A stretch of 64,000 nucleotides of DNA from a virus. Positions 9,826-19,988 of this stretch are shown here, piece after piece (position 1 is the stretch's first letter; each line of letters starts with the position of its first letter). Below the pieces are notes generated by a model. The model was given only the letters and a program-made list of their open reading frames with translations, was not told the DNA's origin and ran no database searches. The stretch lies in the UHGV virus genome UHGV-0033085; one strand, 5' to 3'. Both the position numbers and the translations under genes were made by a program.

Positions 9826-10658
9826 TGGCGCAGATCGACTCGTATCGTAGCGGTGAAGCTGTTTCCCTTTCATTTGCCTTCAACGTGCTGGATATCGAAT
9901 CTGCTACCTACACAGTAAAGGACAGCACCGGGGCTATTCTCGTTGATGGCGAGCCGCTAGAAATTACCAGCGGTCAAATGTCGATTCCGGTTGTCGTGTC
10001 GGCTGAATATAACCAGCTCTCTGAGAAAGAACGCGATCTGCGGTACGTCATTGTGAAGGCTGTTGCATCGGGTCTGACGCATGAAGAGCGGCAAATGTAT
10101 GTTCTGCTGAATAGTTTTGAACTGTCGATACCAGAACAGTCGTTTGCAACTGTCGCTGATGCTCAAATGCAGGCGATCGATATGCTGAATGGGGACACTT
10201 TGCTGTCGGATGGTGAAGGCTTAATGCGCAAGCGTCTCATTGAGGCTACCAGACGAATTAAAACTTTACCGTTCTCAATCCGCAAAATTCTACGTATCGA
10301 CTTTGACCGATACGATCGCCCTCAAAATATGCTGAATGTGTATGACATTCCGTGGGGAGCAGATGGAGCGTACCGGCATGATTTAGTCGATTGGGAAAAG
10401 ATGACGCAGGAGAAGTTTGAAGAGTTCCCTGACTACTTCAAAGAAGCGTTGATGCTTGCCGTTGTCAACGAAGCGTGTGAGATCGCAAATGGCAATGATG
10501 TAGCCGCAGCACGAGAGGATGGCATTTTGTCAGAGTCCATCGGTGAAACAACCAACATGTACCGTACCGGTAAAGCTGCAAACGTGCATGTGGCTCGTAG
10601 TACCTGGCGCTTGCTGGTCAGTTACATCAACAACCGTATGATTGTTCGCCGTGCGTAA
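9825..10658 (+). CDS. hypothetical structural protein (head-tail region)
   Basis: 277-aa ORF, ATGA coupling to previous gene. Confidence 0.35.
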   Translation: MAQIDSYRSGEAVSLSFAFNVLDIESATYTVKDSTGAILVDGEPLEITSGQMSIPVVVSAEYNQLSEKERDLRYVIVKAVASGLTHEERQMYVLLNSFELSIPEQSFATVADAQMQAIDMLNGDTLLSDGEGLMRKRLIEATRRIKTLPFSIRKILRIDFDRYDRPQNMLNVYDIPWGADGAYRHDLVDWEKMTQEKFEEFPDYFKEALMLAVVNEACEIANGNDVAAAREDGILSESIGETTNMYRTGKAANVHVARSTWRLLVSYINNRMIVRRA

Positions 10659-10737
10659 CGCCAGTCGCATTATTTACTTTTGGTCTAAAGGGTTTTTGGC
10701 CAGTAATGAGAGCGACCGACAACAACAGGGAGAGAGC

Positions 10738-11082
10738 ATGAATATTTCATGGCAAACAGAAATTGCGATCTACCGCTTTGGCGCAAAGAATGTTTACGGC
10801 GAGGCGCAATTGCAATTCGTCAGGAAGACGAATGTCGGCGTGGTTAAGTTCGAACAGAGTAATGAGAAATCGTCAGTTCGTGCTGATAGCTCTGGTAGTC
10901 GTGGTAAGGCGAGCCTGGAACTGTTTGATGCTGTGTTAGTTGTCCCTTTGGAAGCGGCTGTACAACTTGATGATGTACTGATCCTTGAAGGTCAAAAATT
11001 AAAGGTGTCCAGTGTTCATCGCCGCTGGGGGCTACGAGGAAGACCAGGGCATCTTGAAGTGGGGGCGAATATATGGGTCTGA
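10738..11082 (+). CDS. hypothetical head-tail joining protein
   Basis: ATG 10738 after AGGGAGAGAG; listed ORF 10642 start would overlap previous gene. Confidence 0.35.
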   Translation: MNISWQTEIAIYRFGAKNVYGEAQLQFVRKTNVGVVKFEQSNEKSSVRADSSGSRGKASLELFDAVLVVPLEAAVQLDDVLILEGQKLKVSSVHRRWGLRGRPGHLEVGANIWV

Positions 11083-11546
11083 AATACGATGCGCATCAGT
11101 TCAAACGTGCGGGGAATAGACTCAACAACAGCCAGAAAGCATTTAAGCGATATCTTATTCGGGACATGGAAAAGCTGGCGCGTTTGGTTGAGCGCCTCAG
11201 CCGTGCAATGGCCCCGCTGGAAACCGGATCTCTGGAGACAGCCATCTTTGCCAGGGTGATTAAAGAAGGTTATTCAGGGCTGCGCATTGAGCTTTCTGTG
11301 TCTGGAGCAAAACCACGTCAGGGGCATCCGGGCGTAGAAGTAGGTGACTATGCTAAGTACATGGAGCTGGGTAAATACCGACTCGGTTATCTTTCTCGAA
11401 TGAAGAACGTGACAAACCCACCAATTGCCGGTGTTAAACCTCGTGTTGGGCCGCACTTTCTGGAAAGAGCGGTGGAAATTAGCGAGAAGCAGTTCTCAGA
11501 AGCGATTCTTGAGGCTGCAAGAAAAGCCGGTTTTACGAGAGGTTAA
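11073..11546 (+). CDS. hypothetical head/tail completion protein
   Basis: 157-aa ORF in conserved position before major tail gene. Confidence 0.35.
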   Translation: MGLKYDAHQFKRAGNRLNNSQKAFKRYLIRDMEKLARLVERLSRAMAPLETGSLETAIFARVIKEGYSGLRIELSVSGAKPRQGHPGVEVGDYAKYMELGKYRLGYLSRMKNVTNPPIAGVKPRVGPHFLERAVEISEKQFSEAILEAARKAGFTRG

Positions 11547-11547
11547 T

Positions 11548-11931
11548 GTGTTTATTGAAGCGTTTGCAAGTTTGATGCAGAAGGCAAAGATTGGCACGGT
11601 CGGGACTGACATTTTCTGTCACTACTTGCCTGCCAATGTGAAATCTGGCGTCCTGCTTATTAACCCAAATACCGGTATCAGCATCGATCATGAGCTACAG
11701 GGCTTTTACCACGAATCATTCACAATAATTGTGCGTGGTTCGTCAATTACTACGACGGTTGAGAAAGCCAATAAAATCATTGAGATGTTTCCAGTAGAGG
11801 AAACGGAATCTGGTGGTGTTTATTTTCGACTGGTACGACCGATTGCGATGCCAATCATTTATCCCAAAAATGATGGAGCATTAATAGAAGCAGGCATTCC
11901 TGTTGAATTTGCTGGCTATTTATTGAATTAA
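11548..11931 (+). CDS. hypothetical tail completion protein
   Basis: GTG 11548 directly after previous stop; listed ORF start 11425 is an overlap artefact. Confidence 0.35.
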   Translation: MFIEAFASLMQKAKIGTVGTDIFCHYLPANVKSGVLLINPNTGISIDHELQGFYHESFTIIVRGSSITTTVEKANKIIEMFPVEETESGGVYFRLVRPIAMPIIYPKNDGALIEAGIPVEFAGYLLN

Positions 11932-11939
11932 GTTAATTG

Positions 11940-11955
11940 GTAAGTATATACTTAC
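11940..11955. promoter_or_regulatory. perfect 16-bp palindrome GTAAGTATATACTTAC (member of dispersed motif family)
   Basis: Self-complementary 16-mer 50 bp upstream of major tail gene. Confidence 0.45.
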
Positions 11956-12005
11956 TATTAGCGCAATGAATGCGTAGAATTAACGGAAAAAGGAGTTTTC
12001 CATCA

Positions 12006-12752
12006 ATGTCTAATACCCATGTAAAAAACATCAAACTTGGTGCCTGTAAGGTGTCGTTTGGTGGTGTGGATTTGGGTTACACCAAAGGTGGTGTTCAGGT
12101 TGAAGTAGCCACTGAAACGCTGAAAGTCACTGTCGACCAGCACGGCCAGACAATTATGTCCGAGCTGGTGCAGGGTCGTAACATTACCATTACTGCGCCG
12201 CTGGCCGAGTCTGTGTTGAAAAATATGGTTGATCTGATGCCGGGGTCTACTCTGAACGAAGACGACAACGCTGTGACCATCACTTCCGCACAGGGTGTCA
12301 ACCTGATCGACGTAGCCAAAGAGCTGGTTCTGACTCCGCAGGACACTACCGACTACGTTCTGACCATCCCGAAAGCTGCGACCGCAGGTAACTTCACCAT
12401 GACTTACCAGTCTGATGATGTTCGTGTGTTCTCTGTTCAGTTCAGTGCGTACCCTGATGACGAAGGCGTTCTGGGAAGAATGAGCGGCCCTAAACCGGTA
12501 AAAACCGTGTCGATCAAACCGGAATCTCCAACTGTAAAAGCAGGGGAGACTGTGCAACTGACAGCAGAAATCACTCCAGATGATGCCGCAGATAAAACCG
12601 GTGTTTGGGAATCCGAAGACCAGGAAAAGGCCACGGTAGATCAAACGGGTCTGGTACGTGGTGTGGCGCAGGGTACTGCAAACATCTCCTTCACCAGCAA
12701 TAGCGGCGCTAAGAAGGCAACTAAGTCAGTAACGATTAACTCCGCAGATTAA
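12006..12752 (+). CDS. major tail protein with C-terminal Ig-like (Big_2) domain
   Basis: ATG 12006 after AAAAGGAG; C-terminal Big_2-like segment as in lambda gpV; position before chaperone/tape-measure genes. Confidence 0.6.
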   Translation: MSNTHVKNIKLGACKVSFGGVDLGYTKGGVQVEVATETLKVTVDQHGQTIMSELVQGRNITITAPLAESVLKNMVDLMPGSTLNEDDNAVTITSAQGVNLIDVAKELVLTPQDTTDYVLTIPKAATAGNFTMTYQSDDVRVFSVQFSAYPDDEGVLGRMSGPKPVKTVSIKPESPTVKAGETVQLTAEITPDDAADKTGVWESEDQEKATVDQTGLVRGVAQGTANISFTSNSGAKKATKSVTINSAD

Positions 12753-12764
12753 TCAGTAACTAAG

Positions 12765-12795
12765 CAGAGGCTCAGGATGAGCCTCTCTTTTAAAA
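12765..12795 (+). terminator. rho-independent terminator after major tail gene
   Basis: CAGAGGCTC-AGGA-TGAGCCTCT followed by CTTTTAAAA. Confidence 0.55.
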
Positions 12796-12807
12796 GGATT
12801 TAAACCA

Positions 12808-13125
12808 ATGACCAAATTACTCGATCTCGACTCCATTCTGCCGCCGAAAAAAAGCATCAAATTTGGCGGTCAGGAATATCCCATCGTTGAAATGACGGTA
12901 GGTTTGTTCGTTTCCATCAAGCAGATGGAAGGCAAAGATCTCATGAACATGTCTCCTGTTGAGCAAGTGACAGCTTATGCAGATCTGGTTCGTAAGGTTA
13001 TCCCTTCAGTACCTGACGAAGTTCTTGAAAAACTGACTGTTCCGCAACTCCAGCAGATCTTCACCTTCGCTATGGAAGTGATTGATGAAGAAAACGAAAA
13101 AGCGGCTGGCGAAGGGGCAAAGTAA
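12808..13125 (+). CDS. tail assembly chaperone (gpG-like)
   Basis: 105-aa acidic ORF between major tail and tape-measure genes. Confidence 0.5.
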   Translation: MTKLLDLDSILPPKKSIKFGGQEYPIVEMTVGLFVSIKQMEGKDLMNMSPVEQVTAYADLVRKVIPSVPDEVLEKLTVPQLQQIFTFAMEVIDEENEKAAGEGAK

Positions 13126-13205
13126 TTTCCCGCGATGAATCCGGGACAAGGACCGTCTCAATAGATCTCGGATTCTATTTCAGTCGTGTAGTTGCTCACT
13201 ACGCC

Positions 13206-13475
13206 GTGTCGCCATTAGAGCTACTGAACGTTCCTCTCACGATGTTCTGGATGCTCAGTCGCAATATAGACCGTCTGCGTGCGGAAGAGGATGTCCGCAA
13301 CTTACAAGTCGCTCGTGCGTCCCAGGCGGATGGCGAGGCTGTGAAGGCGTTCATGGAGGGTTTGCAACTCAGGATTGGAAGACCAGTCGTAACAGATAAA
13401 GTCTACGATCCAAGCCAGGATAAGGCAGACCCTGACGCCAAAGAGCAACTGATGCAAATATTTGGCAGAGGATGA
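13206..13475 (+). CDS. tail assembly chaperone frameshift-extension segment (gpGT-like, putative)
   Basis: -1 frame relative to G ORF is open from 13089 to 13475, overlapping the 3' end of the G ORF. Confidence 0.4.
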   Translation: MSPLELLNVPLTMFWMLSRNIDRLRAEEDVRNLQVARASQADGEAVKAFMEGLQLRIGRPVVTDKVYDPSQDKADPDAKEQLMQIFGRG

Positions 13476-13482
13476 CAAGGGA

Positions 13483-16400
13483 ATGTCACAAAACGTAGAG
13501 TTTATCCTGTCGCTGGAAGACAAACAGTTTACAGCGTCAATCGATCGTGCGGGGAAACTGCTTACTCGATTTGGTGAGCAGGTAACAAAGCCTGCTCAAA
13601 AAATCCAAACCTTTGAACGCTCTTTGGGTTCGGTCGCCCGTATCATTGGCGTTCTGGAAAGCAAGCTCGATTCTACGGCAGATAAACTACAGGATGTAGC
13701 TGCCGGTTTTGAGCTTGCTTCAGATGCTACGCGTAAAATGCGTGGCAACATCACCAGCCTCAATTCTGGTCTTAAAGCCCTGATTGAGCGCGTCGATACG
13801 ACAACTTCTTCAGTAGATAAACTCACCGCGTCATTACGTAAAGTGCAATCAGAGCTAAATGATTTCTCTGATTGGGCGACCTATGCAAGCAAAAGCGCAA
13901 GCCGCTTTGGTACGGAGGTCAAAGAAGCCTCTGCGTCCGTGAGTGGCATGAATACGCGCCTTAATACCACGACGAAGCGACTCAGTAATTGGGGTGTCAC
14001 AACGAGTCAGGCTGCCGAGGGACTGAAAAAGGTTCGTGAGCAGATGGACGAAGTTATCGGACGTCAGCAACTGATTAGCAAGCCGGTACGCGTTCGTACA
14101 TCTGGAAGTGGCGATGGTGGCAGCGGGCGGCGTAGCGGCTCTGGCCATAGCGGTAAAAGTAACGAAGGAGGTATGTTCTCTGGCCTTCGTGGCAACATTT
14201 TCCTGCTTGGCGAGATCGGAGATGCAGCCAGAACGGTTACTGACATCATGTTTGGGTGGCAGAAGCCTATTGTTGAAGCTGCGGCCGAAATGGAACGTAT
14301 GCGGGTGATGCTTCGAGGGTTGAATAAGGAGAAGTCCAACCCGGGCCAGGCTGCCGCTGATGATATGAAGTACATCGTGGATATGGCTAAGAGCGCCCCA
14401 TTTGCGATGAAAGCTCTAACCGATTCGTTCGTTAAATTCCGCTCAGCAGGATTAGATCCAACAGATGGCTCTTTAAAGACTCTTGTCGATTCCGTTGCTC
14501 GTTTTGGTGGGGATAGCGAACTTCTGAAGCGTGCATCCATTGCTGTTCAGCAGATGTCTGGTAAGGGTGTTGTATCGATGGAAGAGCTTCGCCAGCAATT
14601 AGGTGAAGCCGTTCCTAACGCGATGCAGGCAATGGCAGACGCCGCAGGCATCACTATGGGGGAACTGACTAAAGCCGTTACCAGCGGTACGGTTGAGGCA
14701 AAACAGGCGTTGTCTCTGATGTTTGTTGGTCTGCGTGCGGAGAATGAGAACGCAGCGAAAGACATGATGCAAACCTACACAGGTGCGCTGGCGCAACTTC
14801 AGACGTCATTCACGTTATTTGCTGATCGGGTTGGTCAGGCCGGATATCTGGATTCTCTATCGAAGGGGATGAAAGAACTGGCTTCAATCATGAATAGCGC
14901 CGAAGGGATTTCGTTTGCCAATTCTTTAGGTTCGGGGTTAACAACGGCAATCGATGGGTTGCGTCAGCTTGCTCAATGGTTAGCAAAGAACCAAGAGCTG
15001 GTAATTAATCTCGGTAAGGTCGTGGCCGCGATGGTTGCGTTCAAACTGATGCGAGCAGGGATCATGGGGGTAGTTGGCGCTGGGAGCCAGATGGTTAGCA
15101 CCTTTGCCACGATGGCGACCGCCATACAGACTCCATTTAACCTCGGCGCTACAGCAGTAACTCGATTCAATCGTGCGGCACGTATGGGGCTGGCTCCGAT
15201 CCCCTCTCTTATTTTCGCCATCCGTGGGGCGATTACGGGGCTTAAAGGCGCTTTTGCTGGCCTGACTGCGTTTATTGCGGCGAATCCGATAGGTTTTGTT
15301 TTCACTGCTGCAATGACCGCTGTTGCTGGCTTAATCACGTATATGACCATGCTTCGTAGCGAAACTTCAAAGGTCGTTGACGAGATTAGGAAAATACCAG
15401 AAGCGATGACGGCGGCTAAACGTGCACAGATGGCCGAGTATAAAGCGCGTCTTGAGCAACAAATCACGCAAAAGGAACAAGAGTTAAAATCTGGCGAAAA
15501 GGTGGTTTATGGGCCGGGTATGGCCGGAACTACAGTAAAGATTAATCAGGATGAACGTAAGCGTATAGAAAATGAGCTAAATGACCTTCGTAAGAAACGC
15601 GATAAAACTACTGGGGCAATTGAACGCGGAGACATTGCTGTAGCCAAACGTCTTGCAAAAGATGCGGCAGAATCACAGATAGAGAAAATACTCGAAGAGA
15701 ATAGAGACTTTGCGGCAACGTTCGTGAAAGCTCGTCAGGAGGCTCTGGAGAAAATCCAGAAAATCAAGGATGACGGTTCACTTTCGGATGACGAAAAGAA
15801 CAAGCTATTGGCACCGTTACGTGAAACGGTAAACAAAAGCTATCTGGAGCCTGCGCAAAAACTGGTTGATTCACTTTCTTCTCGTAAGAATGCGACCGAG
15901 AAGCAAATCGCGACTCTTAATGATCAGCTTGAAAAAGCGAAAAAGGAAGGAAATACCGAGCAGATTCAGAAACTGCAAGGAAGTATTCGTGGCTATCAGG
16001 AGCATTTGGAAGTCGTTGCTCAGGAACTGACTCAGGCAGAGTTTAAGAGGGATAACGCGGCCAAAAGTGGTAATGGCTTAGTGTCAATCAATGGAGATGT
16101 TCTTGGGTTAGGTACAACTGATAAAGCTGCTCAGAAGGCGCTGGCGCAATATATGCGAAACCAGATGGATTCTGCGACTTATCAGCGTACTCTGCCTGAC
16201 GGCACTCCGATGATGGACTTCGAAGGTAAGCCGATTATTGGGCCTAAACAACTCAAGACGCAGCTTAATTTGCAGAAAGCATCCAGCGCCAGCTCTCTGG
16301 AGAAAATGAGCGATGAAGAGCGTGCCGCAGCCATTGCTGCACTAACTAAAGCTCGTGAACAGGATGCAGCAGCTGCCGAGAAAGCAGCCCAACGATCAGC

Positions 16401-18039
16401 TAACGCCTCGCAGCGTGCGGCCAAGAAGGAACAGGCAGCGCAACAGAAACTGGCAGCCGGATACCAGAAGGCTCTGGACAAAGCCGATCAGCTTATGGGG
16501 CAAATGGGTGAAAGCTCTAAGGCTACGGTATCGTTTGATCAGTCTCTTCGCGATACAACGAAATCGCTGTCAGATTTGGCTAATGCGGTTCCTAACGAGT
16601 TCATCACTCAAGAGATGATCGACAAGGCGAAAAAACGTCTTGAAGACCTCAAAAATGCGACACCTGAATATCGCGAGATGTTTAATCGCCGCAATGTTGA
16701 GCAGATGATCTCCACTTGGGCACCGGAGGCGGATTCCATTATTAGTGCTGGCTATACGCCGTCTCGCGAAGAGAAAGTTGCTGATTTCGAAGACACCTAC
16801 AACCGCAATCTCAAAGCGTTGATAGAACTTCGTGATAAGGCGTCTGATCCTAAAGTTGTGGCGCTTTATACAAAGAAAATCAATCAACTGATTGCTGCTG
16901 GCAATACCGCGCTCATTAAAGAGACGGGGACTGCGACGCAGAAGTTGGCACTGGAATACGAAAACTTGGCAGAGCAGATCGAAAGCACCTGGACTGATTT
17001 GTTTAGTGGCTTAACTGATGTCCTGACTGATTTCGTTATTAACGGGAAGATGAGCTTCTCCAGCCTATCTCAGTCCATTTTGAAAGATATCACCAATATG
17101 GTCGTGAAGTCGCAGATCACGCTGCCTCTAATGAACATGTTGGGGATGGGAACCACCGCAGCTGGTAGTTCACAGAGTGGTAATTTGCTGACCGGGGTTG
17201 CTTCCGCCGTTGCCAATCAAGGGGTACGAATGGGCAACACTGTTAACGGCGACAAGTCGGTAGGAGAAGCCACGAAGGAGACGTCCAGTTCGGTAACTGG
17301 ATTGGGGCAAACAACACAGCAGACCACCAGCGCAATTGGCACTGCAACAAATGCGATTGGTAGCTGGGTATCAGGGCTATTTGATAGCACTGAAGCCAAA
17401 GATGCCGAGACAAAAGCCGTGAAGGACTCCATCTTTTCGATGCAGAACCTCAGCTCTGTTACCGGCGCGTTGTCTGCCGCGTTTGCAATGCTTGGAGCTA
17501 ATGCTTCTGGCTCTGGTAATAAGTGGTTGAGTTTTGGAGCAACGGTTGCATCTGGTCTTGTTTCAGCTTGGGCTGGCGGTGGTTTCGACAGCGTGACATC
17601 AAGCTCTGCTAAAACCGCAACCAGCAGTGTGGCTGACGGAACTAAAGGCATTCCTGCAATCCCGAAGTTTGCAAATGGAGGAATATTCGGAAAAGACGGC
17701 GTGATCCCACTCCGGGCATACCAGAAAGGCGGTATTGCTAACTCGCCTCAATTAGCGTTATTTGGGGAAGGTTCTATGAATGAGGCGTATGTTCCATTGC
17801 CTGATGGTCGAACAATCCCTGTAACGCTCAGTACCGATGGTATGAGTGGAGGAGGAAATGTTCTTTCTCCGGTATCAATTGAGATCAACGTCCATAGTGA
17901 CGGTAGCACAACTGAATCCGGCGATACAGAAAGCATATGGAACAATGCCGCTCAACGGATGAAAGCAATCGTGCTTGAGACTATCGCTCAAGAAAAACGC
18001 CCTGGCGGATCACTCAACCCAAACACTCAACGTAACTAA
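13483..18039 (+). CDS. tail tape measure protein
   Basis: about 1520 aa, coiled-coil and Gly-rich transmembrane-like segments, position in tail module. Confidence 0.85.
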   Translation: MSQNVEFILSLEDKQFTASIDRAGKLLTRFGEQVTKPAQKIQTFERSLGSVARIIGVLESKLDSTADKLQDVAAGFELASDATRKMRGNITSLNSGLKALIERVDTTTSSVDKLTASLRKVQSELNDFSDWATYASKSASRFGTEVKEASASVSGMNTRLNTTTKRLSNWGVTTSQAAEGLKKVREQMDEVIGRQQLISKPVRVRTSGSGDGGSGRRSGSGHSGKSNEGGMFSGLRGNIFLLGEIGDAARTVTDIMFGWQKPIVEAAAEMERMRVMLRGLNKEKSNPGQAAADDMKYIVDMAKSAPFAMKALTDSFVKFRSAGLDPTDGSLKTLVDSVARFGGDSELLKRASIAVQQMSGKGVVSMEELRQQLGEAVPNAMQAMADAAGITMGELTKAVTSGTVEAKQALSLMFVGLRAENENAAKDMMQTYTGALAQLQTSFTLFADRVGQAGYLDSLSKGMKELASIMNSAEGISFANSLGSGLTTAIDGLRQLAQWLAKNQELVINLGKVVAAMVAFKLMRAGIMGVVGAGSQMVSTFATMATAIQTPFNLGATAVTRFNRAARMGLAPIPSLIFAIRGAITGLKGAFAGLTAFIAANPIGFVFTAAMTAVAGLITYMTMLRSETSKVVDEIRKIPEAMTAAKRAQMAEYKARLEQQITQKEQELKSGEKVVYGPGMAGTTVKINQDERKRIENELNDLRKKRDKTTGAIERGDIAVAKRLAKDAAESQIEKILEENRDFAATFVKARQEALEKIQKIKDDGSLSDDEKNKLLAPLRETVNKSYLEPAQKLVDSLSSRKNATEKQIATLNDQLEKAKKEGNTEQIQKLQGSIRGYQEHLEVVAQELTQAEFKRDNAAKSGNGLVSINGDVLGLGTTDKAAQKALAQYMRNQMDSATYQRTLPDGTPMMDFEGKPIIGPKQLKTQLNLQKASSASSLEKMSDEERAAAIAALTKAREQDAAAAEKAAQRSANASQRAAKKEQAAQQKLAAGYQKALDKADQLMGQMGESSKATVSFDQSLRDTTKSLSDLANAVPNEFITQEMIDKAKKRLEDLKNATPEYREMFNRRNVEQMISTWAPEADSIISAGYTPSREEKVADFEDTYNRNLKALIELRDKASDPKVVALYTKKINQLIAAGNTALIKETGTATQKLALEYENLAEQIESTWTDLFSGLTDVLTDFVINGKMSFSSLSQSILKDITNMVVKSQITLPLMNMLGMGTTAAGSSQSGNLLTGVASAVANQGVRMGNTVNGDKSVGEATKETSSSVTGLGQTTQQTTSAIGTATNAIGSWVSGLFDSTEAKDAETKAVKDSIFSMQNLSSVTGALSAAFAMLGANASGSGNKWLSFGATVASGLVSAWAGGGFDSVTSSSAKTATSSVADGTKGIPAIPKFANGGIFGKDGVIPLRAYQKGGIANSPQLALFGEGSMNEAYVPLPDGRTIPVTLSTDGMSGGGNVLSPVSIEINVHSDGSTTESGDTESIWNNAAQRMKAIVLETIAQEKRPGGSLNPNTQRN

Positions 18040-18081
18040 CTATCGACTGCCCCGGTCGGGGCAGTCTCACAAGGATGTGAG

Positions 18082-18417
18082 ATGGAAAGACAAACGTTTA
18101 ATTGGTATCCAGATTACGAATCTGAGAAAAGCGTAAAACCGAATGTAACGGTACTTAATTTTGGTGATGACTACGAGCAACGACAGGCTCAAGGTCTTAA
18201 TCGTATTAAAGAAGAATGGTCGTTAACCTTTACCAGATCATACAACGAAATTAATGCAATCGATGACTTCCTGACTGAGCGAGCAGGTGTTGAGTCGTTC
18301 TATTGGGTTAATCCAAGAGGAAAACGGATTGTAGTTGTATGCGACAGTCATACGGTCAAGCGATATCAAGGGTACGCAGTATTAACCGCTCCATTCAGAC
18401 AAGTATTTGAGGCTTAA
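18082..18417 (+). CDS. minor tail protein (lambda gpM-like)
   Basis: 111-aa ORF directly after tape measure. Confidence 0.55.
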   Translation: MERQTFNWYPDYESEKSVKPNVTVLNFGDDYEQRQAQGLNRIKEEWSLTFTRSYNEINAIDDFLTERAGVESFYWVNPRGKRIVVVCDSHTVKRYQGYAVLTAPFRQVFEA

Positions 18418-18499
18418 GCATCTGGATAAGTAAGTACTAATTTACTATTATTGTGGCGCTGACAGGATGTTAGCGCCTACTTATTTCAAGGATGAAACA

Positions 18500-19198
18500 A
18501 TGGGAATTAAAGCTGATATTCAGAGCTTATCTCCCTCTGCACTCATTGAGTTGTTCGTACTGGATATGTCGAACACAACTTCAGGGGGGAAGCTATTCTT
18601 CCACGCCGGAACAAACGAACTGATGCAACCGGTCGTCTGGCAAGGAGTGACATATGAGCCGTGGCCAATCAAAGCATCAGGTTTTGACAAAACGGGCCAG
18701 GGAACGTTGCCACGTCCAAAAATTCAGGTGTCGAACTTTGCCGGAACCGTCTCTGCGGAAGTTCAGGCAAACGACGATCTTGTTGGCTGCCGCATTATTC
18801 GCAAGATGACGCTGGCTCGCTTCCTCGATGCCGTTAATTTTAAAGACGGCAACCCAACAGCAGATCCAAACCAACATTTCCCGGATGAAATGTGGTTTAT
18901 CGAACAGAAAACTCTCGAAACTCATCAGGTTGTCGAGTTTGAATTGTCTAGTGTGTTCGATTTGATGGGGGTGCAACTGCCGTATCGTCAGATCATTAAA
19001 AACACCTGCCCGTGGAAATACCGAGGGCCAGAATGCGGCTATACCGGTCCATATTTCGACAAAAATAACCAGCAGACGTCTATGTCTGGTGCGGATTACT
19101 GCACAAAACGTTATGACGCCTGTAATGCGCGTCGGAATTATTTTGCCGACGGTGTGATCCATTTTGGCGGATTTATTGGAGCTACGCGGTATGGGTAA
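18500..19198 (+). CDS. minor tail protein (lambda gpL-like)
   Basis: ATG 18500; C-terminal Cys cluster CPWKYRGPECGY...C...C as in Fe-S containing gpL. Confidence 0.6.
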   Translation: MGIKADIQSLSPSALIELFVLDMSNTTSGGKLFFHAGTNELMQPVVWQGVTYEPWPIKASGFDKTGQGTLPRPKIQVSNFAGTVSAEVQANDDLVGCRIIRKMTLARFLDAVNFKDGNPTADPNQHFPDEMWFIEQKTLETHQVVEFELSSVFDLMGVQLPYRQIIKNTCPWKYRGPECGYTGPYFDKNNQQTSMSGADYCTKRYDACNARRNYFADGVIHFGGFIGATRYG

Positions 19199-19988
19199 TA
19201 AAGCAATCCCTGAGCTTGGCTCTGACGTTATGCAGCAAATCTATCTCTGCGCCATAAATCGCTACCCTAATGAAGCGTGTGGCTTTCTGGTGAGAACTAA
19301 TGGCGACAAATATCGCTTTATGGAAGCGCGAAATGTTTCGGAGAACCCGCAGAGCACTTTTGTAATGCATGTTGACGACATTATGGCGGCAGAGGATGCA
19401 GGTGACGTAATCGCAATCTGGCATTCACATACTGATGAATCAGCAGAAGCATCTGATGCCGATCGTGCAGGCTGTGAAGCGACGGAAGTTCCGTGGATGA
19501 TTCTGGCTATTCGCAAGAATGTTGAGGGAGATGCCCCTTTCCATTTTAGCGAGATGAATGTGATCACACCTGATGGTTTCGAAATGCCATACCTGGGCAG
19601 ACCGTATGTATTTGGCGTATTCGATTGCTGGATGTTGTGTCGGGACTATTTGAAGCGTGAGTTTAACGTCGAACTAAACTCGAACGCACACCTGCATATT
19701 CCATCGTGGTACACCGGCGATAACGACATTCTCGATCAGAACTACCGTAACGAGGGATTGGTGCGTCTTGCGCCCGGAACAGAGCCTCAACGTGGGGACG
19801 TATTCTTTATCCAATACGGGAAAATGCCTGACCACTGCGCGGTTTATATCGGCGATGGAATGATTCTTCATCACCAGATCGACCGCCTAAGTTGTCGTGC
19901 TTATTACGGCGGAATGTATCAGAAACATACGACGCATCACTTGCGTCACAGAGACTTGCTCAAGGGAGATGAGACGTGTCTGAGTTAG
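19191..19988 (+). CDS. tail assembly protein (lambda gpK-like; MPN/JAMM + NlpC/P60 domains)
   Basis: JAMM-like motif IWHSHTDESAEASDAD; Cys/His of NlpC/P60-like C-terminal half (FDCWMLCRDY ... H). Confidence 0.65.
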   Translation: MGNKAIPELGSDVMQQIYLCAINRYPNEACGFLVRTNGDKYRFMEARNVSENPQSTFVMHVDDIMAAEDAGDVIAIWHSHTDESAEASDADRAGCEATEVPWMILAIRKNVEGDAPFHFSEMNVITPDGFEMPYLGRPYVFGVFDCWMLCRDYLKREFNVELNSNAHLHIPSWYTGDNDILDQNYRNEGLVRLAPGTEPQRGDVFFIQYGKMPDHCAVYIGDGMILHHQIDRLSCRAYYGGMYQKHTTHHLRHRDLLKGDETCLS

